Positions 33,744 through 44,850 of a stretch of DNA of 64,000 nucleotides are shown piece by piece. The translations under genes were made by a program, and so were the position numbers. The DNA comes from Squalus acanthias (lineage: Eukaryota). The first letter of the stretch is position 1. Each line of letters opens with the position of its first letter. The DNA lies in contig CM059432.1 of assembly GCA_030390025.1 (NCBI GenBank), positions 142,478,001 through 142,542,000 on the forward strand, given 5' to 3'. A model generated the notes under the pieces. That model was not told the origin of the DNA. It saw only the letters and a program-made list of their open reading frames with translations, and did not search any database.

Positions 33744-35354
33744 TGTAAGGGATACTCTCCTGACCCTGCGTGTCTCGTAACCTGTGAGGTTCACGCGGCT
33801 CTGTGCAGCCTGTATGTCAGTGCGGGTCTAGGCCTGGTCTCCAGCCAGTCTGGGAACACTAGACACCCCTGTGAGTGGTTCGAATCACTCTCCCTTACGG
33901 TTCTAGACACTGGACTTAGATGCGAGAGCAGTAATGGAGATAAAACTCATGTAGACTTGGTTTGAACGGTACGAAATGGAAAATCTTTATTGCATGATAC
34001 TTAAAATTATGAAATACATGTCATATGCACAGATTAATGACAGTACAATCTTACAAACAGTTATAATCACTCTTAGGGAAACGAGGAACGACCAGCACAA
34101 CGTAAATAGGGCACACATTACAAATATCCTTAATCTTTAAAACCCTCCCCTATCAATGTCTATCCTAAACTAGCTTCGTAGGATCCCGAGACTCATGCTC
34201 ACCACTCGTAATAACTCGGAGAAATCCCGAATAGCTGATCGGATGTTTTTCACCGCAGCACCCACGTGTTGGTCAGGAGATCTCCTGGTCCCACTTGTTT
34301 ACTGCTTCTGCTGCTCGGTCAGTCGGCTGGACCGTCCGCTGTAGTGAAGACCTCTGTTGGTTGGATACAGGGTATGGTGGAGCACCGTTGTCAATATCGC
34401 TGATACGATGTGTTTACACAGTCCAGTTATCGTCGATGCAATACGTCTTGTTAAAGAAGAAAACTTCCTGTCGAGAAGACTTGGCTGATCGACCTACAGG
34501 CGCGGTCGGGATCTACTGACCGTGGCGATGGATAAGGTCTTCTTCTCTTCTCCTCTCATCTCATCTCATCTCATCTCATCCCGGGCCTTCGGTTCCGCTG
34601 CCAGCTACCAACATAGGTCTTTGCAACAGTCTTTTACACAGGAGCAGCCACGATGATAACAGCAACAAGCGGCAAGAGTCAAGAACACGAGGCAAGAGCC
34701 AAGAGCAAGAGGCCAGAGCAAGAATCAAGAGAGAGAATGGACGGTTTGGGGCCTGCAATTATAGTGCACAGTTCTTCCGTTTCCCGCCCAACTACAATGT
34801 CCATTCTTTTGTTTAAGGTTTGGCGCCCAAAAAGTCCTGTATGGGTGATCTCTGTCCTTAATGGGTTTCGGGGCTACTCCTGAATGTTTGAGTACCTGTT
34901 AATATTTCTCCCATTGTTAAATCGGTCGGTGTTCCCCCTGGAGGGGTTTGGGGCTTCCAAGTGTCCTGTATAACTACCTGCTAACGGCTCTCTCATCGTA
35001 GAGCCGTTGGGAGTTTACATATTAATGTCCTTTGGATGGGCCCTTGATGGCTTTCCTTTGTACCTGGGAGACCGATTCCAGTATCGATGTTTATACTGTA
35101 AACCCATAATGTCCTGTGTATTGTCTTCACTGTGCTGAATCGTTATCGATCTTGCAAGAATGTTTATTGGAACGCCATCTTGTCTGCCTGCTGAAAAGTC
35201 TAGAATGTTCTGTCACGAGGTGCGGCGGCCATTTTACAGGCTGCTTGTGTCCAATTTAAACCTGACAGCATTTCGCTGAAATAAAAGCTGTTTTGAACGA
35301 AACTTTGTGTTTTCTCCTTATTAAAATGAAATCGCGATAATTGCGAATTCTACA
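33744..35354 (-). repeat. 5' LTR (1611 bp)
   Basis: The + strand begins TGTAAGGG and ends TTCTACA. It matches 22754-24364 at a constant 10990-nt offset, and the ORF-track peptides at 23305/34295, 23586/34576 and 23663/34653 are identical. It adjoins the PBS. Confidence 0.97.
34755..34792 (-). promoter_or_regulatory. Candidate LTR promoter (GC box followed by TATA-like TATAAT)
   Basis: The minus strand has GGGCGGG about 20 nt upstream of CACTATAATTGC in the 5' LTR. Confidence 0.4.
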
Positions 35355-36582
35355 CCGTCCATAGGAATCGCTGGGTGAAAATAGACCACGGTCCATCTAG
35401 TTCACCTTCTACCATCCTGGTAGTCGTATGGTACAACGATAATGGAGTTGTTGACCAATCACAGCGATCAATCTCTGTCAATGAGTCTACAACAGACCCA
35501 GACATGAGGCGAGGAAAACCCCCAGAGGTGGAGAGCTTTGGGAACCATCGGTCCAGAGTCACCTGTTCCTCCCGAGCTCGCTTCACTCACCACATGTAAC
35601 GTAGTTGAGTTACCGTCACGATCTCAGGACGTCCCAAAGCGCTTTACAGCCAACAAAGCACTTTTGAAGTGTAGTCACTGTTGTGATGTGGGAAACGCAG
35701 CAACCAATTTGCGCACAGCAAGCTCCCACAAACAGCAACGTGATAATGACCAGATAATTTGTTTTTTTTTAGTGATGTTGGTTGAGCGCTAAATATTGGC
35801 CAGGACACCGGGGAGAACTCCCCTCCTCTTCTTCAAAATAGTGCCGAGGGATCTTTTACATCCATCTGAGCGGGCAGATGGGGCGTCGGTTTAACATCTT
35901 ATTTGAATTAATATTGCCTCTCAACCCACAGGCATCTTTATGTTGAATAACATTAACGAAACCTCAATACTTGGGCAATGAGGTGTAGAAGGCCCATTTC
36001 AGGGTTTAAACTATTTTCGTAAACATTCAGATAAAAACAAACATGTTTAAAGTAGGCTTGGATATCTAGCCCCATAGATACCGAGTTATTTTAAGGCAGA
36101 AATTCTCAGTGGGCCTATGTTATTGATGATTCTCATTTTCCAAAGTGTGTTTAAAGTTTGCAACGGTTTACTGCCGGTGGATTGAAACCAACAGTAGAGT
36201 GAATAATAACTCTGGCCTCACTTCATTTTTCCACTTGTTGCAGTACATGCCCCCATGAAGGTATAAATCATGCAGCAATACGGGCTGTGGATTAAGCACT
36301 CAAGATAGTGTTCAGGAAAAACTTCCAGTATTCCCAGTTGGGAAATAAATGAAGACTTTTACTGCTCCAGAGGGTGATCCTGGTCCCCATCCCGTGCCGA
36401 ATGTGAGTTTGCTGCCTCTCCAAAGGACAATGCCTGACGTAAAAGAGTTATAAAGAGTCTTAATGCCCACAGCTTAGAATATAGCCCTGGAGGCACTGCC
36501 GTTGGTCATTGTGTCACTCGCTGGGGTCGATTTAGAGTTTTTCGCTGGCTGCCCATTCTGGTGGTGAAGAGCCCCCACCCCA

Positions 36583-36783
36583 ATATTGACCCTCCTGACC
36601 CCCTGATATTGACCCCCCGGTATTGAACCCAGATGTTGACCCCCTGATATTGACCCCCCGGTATTGAACCCAGATGTTGAACCCTGATATTGAACACGCC
36701 GGTATTGAACCCAGATGTTGAACCCTGATATTGAACCCCCCGGTATTGAACCCAGATGTTGAACCCCGATATTGAACCCGATG
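36583..36783. repeat. Minisatellite of about 40 bp built from about 13-bp (g)atattgaaccc subunits
   Basis: Directly visible tandem repeats. Confidence 0.85.
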
Positions 36784-37332
36784 TGCTGTCCCACATCGCC
36801 CCGCCTGCCATTCACCGCGACGCCACCGTGCTCCGTGAGATGGAAAAAAATCATCAGCAACATCGACCTTCCCATTCACAAAGACTTGAAAAACCCATCA
36901 CGAAAGCGCTTAAAATCACGCCGGCCATTCTGGGAAACAACAGCCAATATCCATGCAGCTGGTATGGACCCACTATCCAGATGGATGGAATCGTGGGATC
37001 ATGCAACATAAAGAACCAACAGCTCATCACTGACCCAACAGCAGAGTCCCTGGCTTCGACCTCCCTCACACAGTGCACAGCGCTCAACCCAATCCGCACA
37101 GGGCAGGGACAACACGGCCGCCTGCTCCACCAGTGGAAGATGAGGGACGACCCGAAGTGAGACTGTGGCCATGAGTCCCAGACCATGGAACACATCGCAT
37201 CAACCTGCCCACTGAGATCTGTCGCAGGAGGCACCTCATTTCTCCACTCGGCACCTCAGGAGGCCATCGAATGGAGAGCCAAACTAGACATCCCATTATA
37301 AGCTTTCCCCGTCATACGAAACAACAACAACT
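36782..37332 (+). mobile_element. Vingi/Ingi-like non-LTR retrotransposon, degraded 3' fragment
   Basis: Peptides VLSHIAPPAIHRDA, RLKSRRPFW, LNPIRTGQG and a degraded C-x-C-G...QTMEHI...CP knuckle. Ends catacgaaacaacaacaac. Confidence 0.6.
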
Positions 37333-37494
37333 GACCAAACATGGCTGAGCTCAGCCTGAATCTGCTGCCCTTACATAGAAACAAAACTTTGAAGAAATTT
37401 TAAAAATTGGAGAAAAACTTTATTAAAGGAATACATCAGGGCAAAAGAGTCAGGATAAAAGTCAGTAACCACACCCTTTAAAGAACAAATGAAA

Positions 37495-37900
37495 GGAAAA
37501 CATACATTTATATTGTGCCTTTCAACACGTCCCAAAGCATTTTACAGCCAATTTGCGCACAGCAAGCTCCCACAAACAGCAACGTGATAATGACCAGATA
37601 ATCTGTTTTAGTGATGTTGGTTGAGGGATAAATATTGGCCCCAGCACACCGGGGAGAACTCCCCTGCTCTTCTTCAAAATAGTGCCGTGGGATCCTTTAC
37701 ATTCACCTGAGAGGGCAGACGGGGCCTCGGTTTAACGTCTCATCTGAAAGACGTAGCCTCCGACAGTGCAGCACTCCCTCAGCACTGCACTGGAGTGTCA
37801 GCCTGGATTTTGTGCTCAAGTCTCTGGACTTGAGCTTGGGCTTGAACCCATGACTGTCTAACTCAAAAGCAAGAATGCTACCCGCTGAGCCACGGTTGAC
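37495..37900 (-). mobile_element. DeuSINE-like SINE copy
   Basis: Reverse complement of the 55226-55688 family. Confidence 0.75.
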
Positions 37901-38647
37901 ACCCTTTAATATTCCTTATCAAAATATATTCCACTATGTTTTTAAACAGTGCAATAATTTAAAAGAATGCCATAGAGATCTGACCTTGAAATAAAAACCA
38001 CCGATCTCACTTTCTATGCAGACAATACATCGTTTCTCGATGAGTCACCAGTCAGGGTTTGTGAGAACGAAGAAGGACTTTTAGCAAATAGGCATTTTGA
38101 ACAGATAGGAGAAAGTGTCCAGAGCAGTGCTACTGTCAACAATCCACCCCATCAACTCATGCAGTGCACTTAACCTGCATTTCTAAACCCACTGAGCTGT
38201 GCAAACTGTTTCTTCCTAAGGTATGACCTGCATTTCATCTTGCGATAAGCAACCCAACTCTAAAAGGTAAATATCTCCTGTTCAAAAAGAAAAGCTTTTT
38301 CTTCCTGTGCAGGCTTTTTCAAAATATCTCTGTACAATCTCTGGCTCCATCTTTCGATGAGACGTTAAACCATCTCTCTCAGGTGGATGTAAAAGATCCC
38401 ACGGCCACTGTTTCGAAGAGGAACAGGAGAGTTCTCCCCAGTGTCCTGGCCAATATTTATCCCTGAACCAACATCACTAAAACAGATTATCTGGTAATTT
38501 ATCACATTGCTGTTTGAGGGAGCTTGCTGTGCGCAAATTGGCTGCCACGTTTCTACTTTAAAACAGTGACTACACTTCAAAAGTACTTCATTGGCTTTGG
38601 GATGCCCTGAGGTCTATGAAAGGTGCTATAGAAATTAATTAATTCAT

Positions 38648-38800
38648 TCATTCTTTCTTCCTTTCTGTCTTTATCTCTTTCTTTCTGTCTTTCTGTCTTT
38701 CTTTCTTTCTTTCTTTCTCTCTTTCTGTCTTTCTCTCTTTCTCTCTTTCTTTCTTTCTTTCTCTCTTTCTTCCTTTCTTTCTGTCTCTCTTTCTCTCTTG
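38648..38800. repeat. (TTTC/TCTC)n simple repeat at a SINE tail
   Basis: Directly visible. Confidence 0.9.
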
Positions 38801-39196
38801 ATCATGTCTTGCCTTACGATTGTTTGAATGTTTGGAGTAAGTATTGTGCGGGATCACTAATGGTTTGACCAGTGTGAAGGTGAAGTGTTAACATTGACCA
38901 ATATCATGGTCACCATCTAGTGTATCTTCAAACCAGAACTCCTCATTCATCTTAAATTAAGACCCTCACCCTGTTTGGACTGTCTATCGTTGCTTGTCCA
39001 TTTCCCTGGAATACCTACTCATGCACTCATCCTGGTACCAAACCCAAACATCCAGGCCTTGAGTAGAGAGGGTAGTGGGACAGATCAAAAGAGATATTTT
39101 GTTTGCCTCACACACTCAACAAAGCAAGCCATAACAGTGGCAAGGAAATGGAGCTCCACTAGAGAGCATCAAACTATCCCAGGTCAAGTGTAGCTT

Positions 39197-39945
39197 AGAA
39201 TCATAGAATCATAGAAATTTACAGCACAGAAGGAGGCCATTCGGCCCATCGTGTCTGCGCCGGCCAAAAAAGAGCTATCCAGCCTAATCCCACTTTCCAG
39301 CTCTTGGTCCGTAGCCCTGTAGGTTACAGCACTTCAAGTGCACATCCAAGTACTTTTTAAATGTGATGAGGGTTTCTGACTCTACCACCCTTTCAGGCAG
39401 TGAGTTCCAGACCCCCACCACCCTCTGGGTGAAAAAAGTTTTCCTCAACTCCCCTCTAATCCTTCTACCAATTACTTTAAATCAATGCCCCCTGGTTATT
39501 GACCTCTCTGCTAAGGGAAATAGGTCCTTCCTATCCACTCTATCTAGGCCCCTCATAATTTTATACACTTCAATCAAGTCTCCCCTCAGCTTCCTCTGTT
39601 CCAAAGTAAACAAACCCCAGCCAATCCAATCTTTTCTCATAGCTAAAATTCTCCAGTCCTGGCAACATCCTCGTAAATCTCCTCTGTACCCTCTCTAGTG
39701 CAATCACATCTTTTCTGTAATGTGGTGACCAGAACTGCACGCAGTACTCTAGCTGTGGCCTAACTAGTGTTTTACACAGTTCAAGCATAACCTCCCTGCT
39801 CGTATATTCTATGCCTCGGCTAATAAAGGGAAGTATCCCGTATGCCTTCTTAACCACCTTATCGACCTGTCCTGCTACCTTCAGGGATCTGTGGACATGT
39901 ACTCCAAGGTCCCTCTGTTCCTCTACACGTCTCAGTATCCAACCA
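39197..39945 (-). mobile_element. CR1 LINE 3' fragment
   Basis: RDLGVHVHRSLK...LVRPQLEYCVQFWSP and a (tagaatca)n tail. Confidence 0.85.
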
Positions 39946-41422
39946 TGGGCCACTCATAACGCTCAATTCCCCCTCCATGCTTCTAAAGACACACCTTGAC
40001 TCTCAACTTCAGGAAGGCAATTTGACTCTTCCACATCTGATACATTAAGCCAGCTCTCGAGATAAACTGTTAAATAAGAGCAGAGTCCATTTATGACTTG
40101 GAGAGTGTGATGTTTGGTGGGTGTTTGAGTTAAGATTCTCTGAGCAGATTCCAGTTGTGTTCCTGCATAGGTTACAAGAGAGCGAGATCTTCACTCCAAC
40201 TCTGCAGACTGAACAGAAATCCAATAGACTTTACCTTAGGCATGTTTGCTGGCAGAGAATATTCTTTCCCGCTGGATTAATGTAAATTTGGTACTTATAT
40301 AACCACACTTCATTTGCTTTAGGACCTAGAAACTTAAACTGTTAAAAGTCTCCACAAGCTTTATGCCTGGGTTGTACATAGGGTTGCCAACTCTGGTTGG
40401 ATGTATTCCTGGAGGTTTGATCACATGACCTCCTGCCTCCAAACGCCCCGCCCCCGCACTCCTGCCATTGGTCGCCTGCCACAGAAAGCGAACAGAGTGT
40501 TCGCTACCTGATTGGATGATTCTTGACTGTCAGTCAAACAGCCTTTTCTCCCCCCCAATCTCCAGTATTTTTATAACCAATAAACAGAAGTGTTCAAAGA
40601 AAACGAAAAAGACACAATTTGTTTTAACGCCCCGATTGTTCTCCCGGGTGTTGCTCACAGCAGTGTCCTGGAGATTAATCTTCAATTCCTGGAGACTCCA
40701 GGCCAATCCTTGCTGTGCGCAAATTGGCTGTTGCGTTTCCTACATTACAACAGTGACTACACTTCAAAAGTACTTCATTGGCTGTAAAGCGCTTTGAGAC
40801 GTCCGGTGGTCGTGAAAGGCGCTATATAAATGCATGTCGTCCTTTTTCTTTTTAACTCTGGCCGGAGACCACCAGAACCCAACATACAAAACAATCCCTG
40901 GTTAACCCGGGTTTCCCGCTGGATTTAGGGAAGGAGACCAGGACGTTCCCTGCGTTTATATCCTCAGACCCAAGCACCCCCTCCCCCCCCCTGTCCTTCT
41001 GAACCCCCTAAAAAAATGTATTTGAAGGATCATTGTTTGCTTAAGAGAATGTGAAAAGGGGAATTCGCATTTTAAATCGGTTAAAACTGAACTTCAGAGC
41101 TGTTGCCCGCTTTATTGTGGTGTTTTCTGCCCTCTGATCTCTCAGACCGATACATGAAACATACAGCACACAGCTGCTGTGTAGTTAGAAGCGACGGAAT
41201 TTTTAATGATTCTTTATTTAAATCATAATTACATCAACTGATGGGGCCAAGAGGCAGTATAAACAAACACTGAAATATAAACTGCGAGCGGGGTCAAAGG
41301 ATTAGACACATTTTGTGTAAATTAAAAGCAAATAAAGAAATCCGTTAAAATTACAGCCCACATGAGTGATGCAGTGAAAGAGGAACTTTCTGTTCTTTCT
41401 CAATAGCAAGTGATAATTACCC

Positions 41423-41896
41423 TGTGCGCCACGTTTCGCCGTGTCCTCTCCATCAGCAAGACCGCCTACTTCCACCTTCGTAACCTCGCCCCTGCCTCAA
41501 CTCACCTGCTGAAACCCTCATCCATGTCTTTGTTACCTCCAGACTTGACTATTCCAACGCTCTCCTGGCCGGCCTCCCATCCTCCATAAACATCAGCTCA
41601 TCCGTGTCTGAACTCGCACCAAGTCCCGTTCATCCATCCCCGATTTTCATCGCCCCCACCATTGGTGGCCGTGCCTTCAGCTGCCTGGGCCCTAAGCTCT
41701 GGAATTCCCTGCCTAAACCTCTCCGCCTCTCTCTCCTCCTTTAACACCCTCCTTAAAACCTACCTCGTTGACCAAGCACCTGTCCTAATATCTCCTTATG
41801 TGGCTCGGTGTCAAATTTAGTTTGATAATCGCTCCTGTGAAGCGCCTTGAGACGTTTTACTATGTTAAAGGCGCTGTATAAATACAAGTTGTTGTT
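41423..41896 (+). mobile_element. L2-like LINE 3' fragment
   Basis: Same 3' end and gttgtt tail as the other L2-like copies. Confidence 0.7.
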
Positions 41897-42612
41897 TAAA
41901 TTGAGTTAATTGAATTTGAAATTGAGTTCCAAGCATAAATCCAGCTTCATTCCCACCGACCTTTGGAAGACACTTTCTGTAGATATCAGCATTCTTCATG
42001 TCTCACTTGGACACTTTGAAGATCAGCTTTTACCTTGCAGCTAGTAACTTTACACCTTCAGTACTCCATTTTAAAATTTGGATCAACCCTGGGCTACGAT
42101 AAACGGAAAATCCTTTTCTTTCCGCAGTGCTTACACAAGATGCGAGAGAGAGAGAGAGAGAGAGAGAGCGTTCAACCCTGCTCTCTCTCTCTTTCTTATC
42201 TCCATCAAACAGCTGACTCATGTTATTAGAGGTAGCGCTTGTTCTACTTTGCTGATTACGCTACTGTCTGTAGACTGGCTAATCCTCCAGTGAAACAAGG
42301 CTACACCTAAATAACCGGGCAAATAGACAGAATTGCTCAGCAGCCAGACTGCTAATGACTTCATAGATCAGATAAGAAAAGCTTGCTATGATGTTGCCCA
42401 CCCACCTCCAGTCTATGCTGAACCTCGTACAAACCCTGCATCGAGGTAATACCAAACTTTATAATGGTCCCCTGTGTTGGCCATGGTCATAAATGAATTC
42501 TGACCTTTGGCCCTTGTGTCAAGAAGCTTTAACCGCCCACAATGACAACATCTCCCGAGAACCCTGTGGCTGTGGCAGCCAGTTTTTTTTAAATGTTATT
42601 ACATCGCACTGA

Positions 42613-43326
42613 GGGCTGGAAAATGCGTCGCGCCCCGTTTGGGGCGATAACTTTTGCCTCCCGCAAACGTATCGCCGGGCGCTACACAACTGATTCCGAC
42701 GGGAACTTCCGGTTTAGCGCTCCAAGAGGGAAGTGGAGCGCTAAATCAAGCGCTACCGCTTCCCTTGGAGCGCTAAAGAGAGCGAGAGCGGCGGGAGCGG
42801 CAGAGCGCTGAGCAACGTTCCGTGCAGCGCGGCCGGATTCGCCGGCTCCTCCCCTCCCTTAAAGGGAAGGGCTAATGCTGCGATCATTGAGGGCTAAGGC
42901 TGGGAATGGTCGTCGACGGCACCTGCGATACGTGCATAGCGGCCCCAAGCACTGAGAGAGAGTGCAGGGCTGATCAATCGCGGGCTGGAAATAAATCAAA
43001 ACACAGCACACTGGGGACATTATTAAATGTTGGCCTACCTGACCACCACTGCCTTTAATTAGCGCCCCCCAAGCGGCCGGCCGAGGTGACAACGCCTCCT
43101 GCAGCTGCCGTTGTTGACGCCCGGCGATGCTGCAAGGGGCGGGAGCGAATTTCACATCCGGGGTGCAGCAGATCGAGGCGGTAAGTTTTAGCGTAAGCGC
43201 TAACCCGCCATGGAAGTTCGCGGGCGGCGGTAATTTCACCGCGCCCAGTCGGTAAGCCCTTCCCCCCCCCCGGTATTGCTCCCGGAGGCGCTAATGGGAG
43301 GTGCAAAGGAGGCCAATTTCCCCCTC
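42613..43326. mobile_element. PIF/Harbinger-type MITE
   Basis: Imperfect TIRs GGGCTGGAAAAT / AATTTCCCCCTC, TGA on both flanks, CpG-rich interior resembling 19843-20734. Confidence 0.6.
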
Positions 43327-44009
43327 TGAGAGATTCAACAGCTACTTAATATTACTGTAATAACATTGCTGAGATGTCAGTTGTTGTTTATTATTGTGTT
43401 CGAGTGTTCACTGCGGCTCAGTGGGCAGCACTCTCTCTCTCGCCTGAGTCTAGAAGGTCGTGGGTTCAAGTCCCACGCCAGAGACTTGAGCGCAAAATCC
43501 AGGCTGACAACTCCCAGTGCAGCGCTGAGGGAGTGCTGCACTGTCGGAGGTGCTGTCTTCAGATGAGACGTTAAACTGAGGCCCCGTTAGCTCTCTCAGG
43601 TGGATGTAAAAGATCCCACGGTGCCTATTTGGAAGAAGAGCAGGGGAGTTCTCCCCGGTGTCCTGGGGCCAATATTATCTATCACTCAATCAACATCACT
43701 AAAACAGATTATCTGGTCATTATCACATTGCTGTTTGTGGGAGCTTGCTGTGCTCAATTTGGCTGCCGTGTTTCCTACATTACAACAGTGACTCCACTTC
43801 AAAAAATGTAACCTCCTCCAGTACTACTCTGTTCCTTAGCCAATTACTTGATCCCTCTCCTCCGACACTGCCTGAGGCTGAACCAGACTGTTCGCAACCC
43901 TGAGCTGAGCTTCCGACCCCACATCCGCTCCATGGCCAAGACCGTCTTCGTCCACCGCCATAACATTGCCCGTCTCCGCCCCGATCTCAGCCCAAACTCG
44001 ATGTTTGTT

Positions 44010-44850
44010 AAGCCCTGTTCACCCATCGCCCCCTGTGCTCGCTGACCTACATTGGCTCCCGGTCCAGCAACGCCCCGGTCTGAAAATTCTCATCCTTGTT
44101 TTCAAATCCCTCCATGGCCTCGCCCCCCTCCCTATTACTGGAACCTCCTCCAGCCCTACAACCTTCCGAGAAACTTATAAAATTCTAACAGGACTAGACA
44201 GACTAGATGCAGGAAGGATGTGCCCGATGGTCGGGGAGTCCAGAACCAGGGGTCACAGTCTAAGGATAAGGGGTAAGCCATTTAGGACTGAGATGAGGAG
44301 GAATTTCTTCACCCAGAGAGTGGTGAACCTGTGGAATTCTCTACCACACAAGGCAGTTGAGGTCAATTCATTAAATATATTCAAGAAGGAGTTAGATATA
44401 TTTCTTAAGGCTAAAGGGATCAAGGGATATGGGGAGAAAGCAGGGACAGGGTACTGAATTTGGATGATCAGCCATGATCTCATTGAATGGCGGAGCAGGC
44501 TCGAGGGGCCGGATGGCCTACTCCTGCTCCTATCTTCTATGTTTCTATGAGATCTCTGAGCTCCTCCAATTCTGGCCCTTTCGCATCCGCAATTTTAATC
44601 GCTCCACCATTGGCGGCCGTGCCTTCAGCTGCCTAGGCCTTAAGCTCTGGAATTCCCTCCCCAAACCTCTCCACCTCGCTACCTCTCTCTCCTCCTTTAA
44701 GACGCTCCTTAAAACCTACCTCTTCGACCAAGCTTTTGGTCACCTGTCCTAACATCTCCTTATGTGGCTCGGTGTCAAATTTTGTTTGATAATCGCTCCT
44801 GTGAAGCGCCGTGAGATGTTTTACTACGTTAAAGGCGCTATATAATACAC
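44010..44850 (+). mobile_element. L2-like LINE 3' fragment interrupted by a CR1 fragment (about 44170-44549)
   Basis: LADLHWLPV...FKSLHGLAP, then CR1 ETYKILTG..., then L2 resumes with STIGGRAFSCLG. Confidence 0.75.

Larger units (their letters stand above)
22754..35354 (-). mobile_element. Full-length endogenous retrovirus-like provirus (lokiretrovirus-like): LTR-PBS-gag-pol-env-PPT-LTR
   Basis: Direct terminal repeats at 22754-24364 and 33744-35354 with TG...CA ends. CCGT is duplicated at 22750-22753 and 35355-35358. Three long uninterrupted minus-strand ORFs carry gag, pol and env motifs. PBS and PPT lie in the expected places. Confidence 0.97.

Noticed and set aside
40379..40710. hAT-like MITE beginning TAGGGTTGCCA
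   Set aside because: No matching right TIR or TSD is visible because it runs into a SINE tail, so it cannot be supported.
43966..44457. Chimeric L2-CR1 ORF as a novel fusion gene
   Set aside because: Accidental in-frame junction from a CR1 3' fragment inserted into an L2 fragment.
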